Of a DNA stretch of 64,000 bases, positions 62,601 to 64,000 are shown one piece after another; position 1 is the first letter of the stretch; every line of letters starts with the position of its first letter. The position numbers and the translations under genes are program-made. The DNA comes from Bugula neritina (Eukaryota > Animalia > Bryozoa), in NCBI GenBank assembly GCA_964035545.1, contig OZ037772.1, positions 9,293,150 to 9,357,149 on the forward strand. Reading direction: 5' to 3'. Below the pieces are notes generated by a model that ran no database searches, was not told the origin of the DNA, and was given only the letters and a program-made list of their open reading frames with translations.

Positions 62601-63951
62601 GCTCTATCAGTCCCCGGTCCAGAAGATCCCGTACTTGTCGGCTAACCTCCTTCTCTTTCTCCGGCCCCAGCCTGCGTGTGGGCTGCCGGACAGGGACTGT
62701 CCCTGCAGTCAGCGGTATTTCGTGTCTGACAATTCCAGTCAGTCCCACGTCATGCTCTCCGCTGCTGAACACATCACCGTAGTCGCGTAGTAACTTAGCC
62801 ATAACTTGGCGTTCTCTGTTACTCGCGCAGCCGCTACAGGCTGTGTCATACAACTCCCGGAGATGTGCGGGGACTGCCCCTCGCCCTTGAGTAGGGCACT
62901 GAGGAAGTGCCTCTGCCGCATCACCCAGCGACGGGCCTACGTCTTTCTCCTGAACAGAGTGAAAACGGCCCAGCATCGACCCAGCCGGGAGCTTGATAGA
63001 CTCGGTAAAGGGGTTGACGCACTGCACTAAGATCTCCCCTTGCTCAGTCAGCTGATTCAGACTGCTGGCAAGTTGGATCTTTTCGTGCGCGCCTTCAACT
63101 ACCCCGAGTCCAGAGATCCGGCTATTATTCACCCTGCAGTGAATGGTAGCCCGGGAGCGGCCTGGTATGATACGGTTGCGTACCACTTGCACACCTCCCA
63201 CTAAAGGGCGGCCGAACTTGTCGACGCAGGCGAGTTCCCGCCCGGACATCATCATTGCAGATTTGCTAAAATCTATGTGACATCCGTGCCGTTTTAGGAA
63301 CGGCATCCTGAGGATGGCATCGTCCTTGAGCTGACTGACGATGAACGTCTCTTGGATCGTTTGATCACGGACTTGTCCCGTCAGCTCAATTATACCATAG
63401 AAGGGAAGGCACGACCCGTCAGCTAGGGTGCCGTACTCCCCTTCGTATGATTCCATCTCGCCCCTGACCCTAGCACTGAGGGTGTCGAAGAGTTGGCGGC
63501 TTAAGAGGTTCGTGGTACAGCCCGAATCAATAAGGAAAGTAACAGCTTTGCCTTCCAGTTTACCGGGCAAGAAATAGCTGTTCCCATGAGGCTGCACCTG
63601 AACTCTCTCTTCAGGCCTTACTCTCGCAGGGAGTACCTCCCTCGCTTTGGGTCGCGAAGGAGGTCTCTTGGGGCGGTGGTAGGTAGGCCTCGGGGGTGCC
63701 GAGGTTAGATTCTCGGCTACCTTTGTGGGCTCCCATCCAGATTCTTGGGCTTGTAGCCCTGCGAATCTGTTGTGAAGGGGCATAGAAAAGGCAGCCGCGG
63801 GGCGAAGCCCCTTGCTGGTCCGTCGTGGCTGTTGCCACTGTTGGTTGCCAGTACGCGGTACCCGTCTGGGTGACCTGCGTTTCTTCTTCCCTGGGGGTTT
63901 CATCGTCGGCCCGCAGGAGGTGGGAACATCTGCGGGCCGCGGTAGTTTAAC
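59626..63951 (-). CDS. pol: Element 2 Pol polyprotein
   Basis: LIDSG, YLDD, DAS, HHCC and DDE motifs; 1425-aa ORF extendable to the slippery site at 63951. Confidence 0.95.
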   Translation of the reverse strand, partial: VKLPRPADVPTSCGPTMKPPGKKKRRSPRRVPRTGNQQWQQPRRTSKGLRPAAAFSMPLHNRFAGLQAQESGWEPTKVAENLTSAPPRPTYHRPKRPPSRPKAREVLPARVRPEERVQVQPHGNSYFLPGKLEGKAVTFLIDSGCTTNLLSRQLFDTLSARVRGEMESYEGEYGTLADGSCLPFYGIIELTGQVRDQTIQETFIVSQLKDDAILRMPFLKRHGCHIDFSKSAMMMSGRELACVDKFGRPLVGGVQVVRNRIIPGRSRATIHCRVNNSRISGLGVVEGAHEKIQLASSLNQLTEQGEILVQCVNPFTESIKLPAGSMLGRFHSVQEKDVGPSLGDAAEALPQCPTQGRGAVPAHLRELYDTACSGCASNRERQVMAKLLRDYGDVFSSGEHDVGLTGIVRHEIPLTAGTVPVRQPTRRLGPEKEKEVSRQVRDLLDRGLIEPAHSAWSSPVVLVRKKDGSWRFCVDYRKLNSVTIQDAYPLPRIDESLDALAGSKYFSTLDLLSGYWQVPLSPDAQEKAAFITRDGLWKWKVLPFGLTSAPATFQRLMKQVLSGLHWKTLLIYLDDVIVISPDFETHVSRLQEVFERLRGAGLKLKPSKCALLQPEVKYLGHVVGRNGVATDPEKVRAIEDWVTPQDLTGLRAFLGLVGYYRQYIPDFAGIAQPLNRLTAKGVTWQWTPVEQEAFDRLKGCLLTAPILAYPDPTLEYILDTDASDQNVGAVLSQVQEGREVVVAYYSKSLSPTERNYCTTRKELLAVIKSVKHFRPYLYGRKFRLRTDHASLIWLCKRAEPSSQVARWLEILAEFSYRIEHRPGKRHSNADGLSRRPDGGCKQCLNIERRDGGPPRCELETLAHHGAPFDWDQGQLRQGVDESPEGVQNLRANPVLAGNVRELKKLQEELPGVVADIYRAKREGRRPSEERIRQGCAEFRLYCQRWDSLRIGQDGLLTISLAASGRHPERKRVVCPTAIRRELIWDTHKQAHAGVKRVMSKLRLRWYWPQMERDVRLRVKQCEICQASKHSRPPGEAGRRRLYAGRPWQVVAVDLVGPMPLTPRGNNWILVLTDHFTRWADALAIPDASAPTVARALDQHVFCYFGLPEQIHSDQGAQFQSQLMSDLCHLWGVNQSRTTPYHPQGNGVVERNNRMLGDALRSLLLGRGQEEWDTVLPQVMRTYRSTPHTSTGETPNLLMLGRETRVPDHLTYHVPEQDNSVHEYASELVERMKAAHDILRQQQWKVRHEDSDEPPLYQMGDKVWMVNYRRRRGQADKLKPKFVGPYVVVEAMPNHTYKIERSGQVSIQNESRLKPYWASPDGVGEAPPLLEPRRQTTTRGRRRHGPEYEVVIPREENLVREERQLLSTEACPPPPSLIPSLPETEPVPEVQTPTEGGAPSGEQEEVTANGEVETPLEAPTNEPASVPPPLERGQRTRQPPHT
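63907..63951 (-). promoter_or_regulatory. -1 ribosomal frameshift signal, element 2
   Basis: G_TTA_AAC, 5-nt spacer, 10-bp stem CGGCCCGCAG/CTGCGGGCCG. Confidence 0.85.
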
Positions 63952-64000
63952 CCCTGATTTAGGAAGGGACAGTATCGGCGGAAATGCCCTTGATTTCCGC

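Larger units (their letters stand above)
57689..64000 (-). mobile_element. Ty3/Gypsy LTR retrotransposon 2 (related family; 5' end beyond the window)
   Basis: Interrupts the repeated intergenic spacer after ...GCTATAT. 3' LTR probably 57689-57993 (PPT-like GGTGGGGGCGG then TGT). Contains pol, ORF3 and the end of gag (GNQGHFRRYC knuckle) at the window edge. Confidence 0.93.

Overview
AT-rich, intron-rich invertebrate (metazoan) genomic DNA; not prokaryotic. 1-12.7 kb holds the 3' part of a laminin gamma chain gene (+ strand, 19 exons visible: LE repeats with the nidogen-binding loop, then the coiled coil, ending in an unusual polybasic C-terminal extension). 13.5-56.2 kb holds a tandem cluster of six TRIM-like genes (RING/B-box1/B-box2/coiled-coil/NHL-like beta-propeller), here called A-F: A is RING-less (+ strand), B lacks B-box1, C, D and E are full-architecture, and F is a pseudogene. 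The cluster is interrupted by a 3.75-kb TA-flanked TIR DNA element and two diverged Ty3/Gypsy LTR retrotransposons (35.5-43.0 kb with both LTRs; 57.7 kb to the window end, truncated). Most notable: both retrotransposons carry, in the env position, a homologous two-exon accessory gene (micro-exon + phase-1 intron) encoding a zinc-finger/basic/coiled-coil protein rather than an envelope. Both also share a G_UUA_AAC + stem-loop -1 frameshift signal. All exon coordinates were read by eye from splice consensus and frame continuity; no database searches were run.
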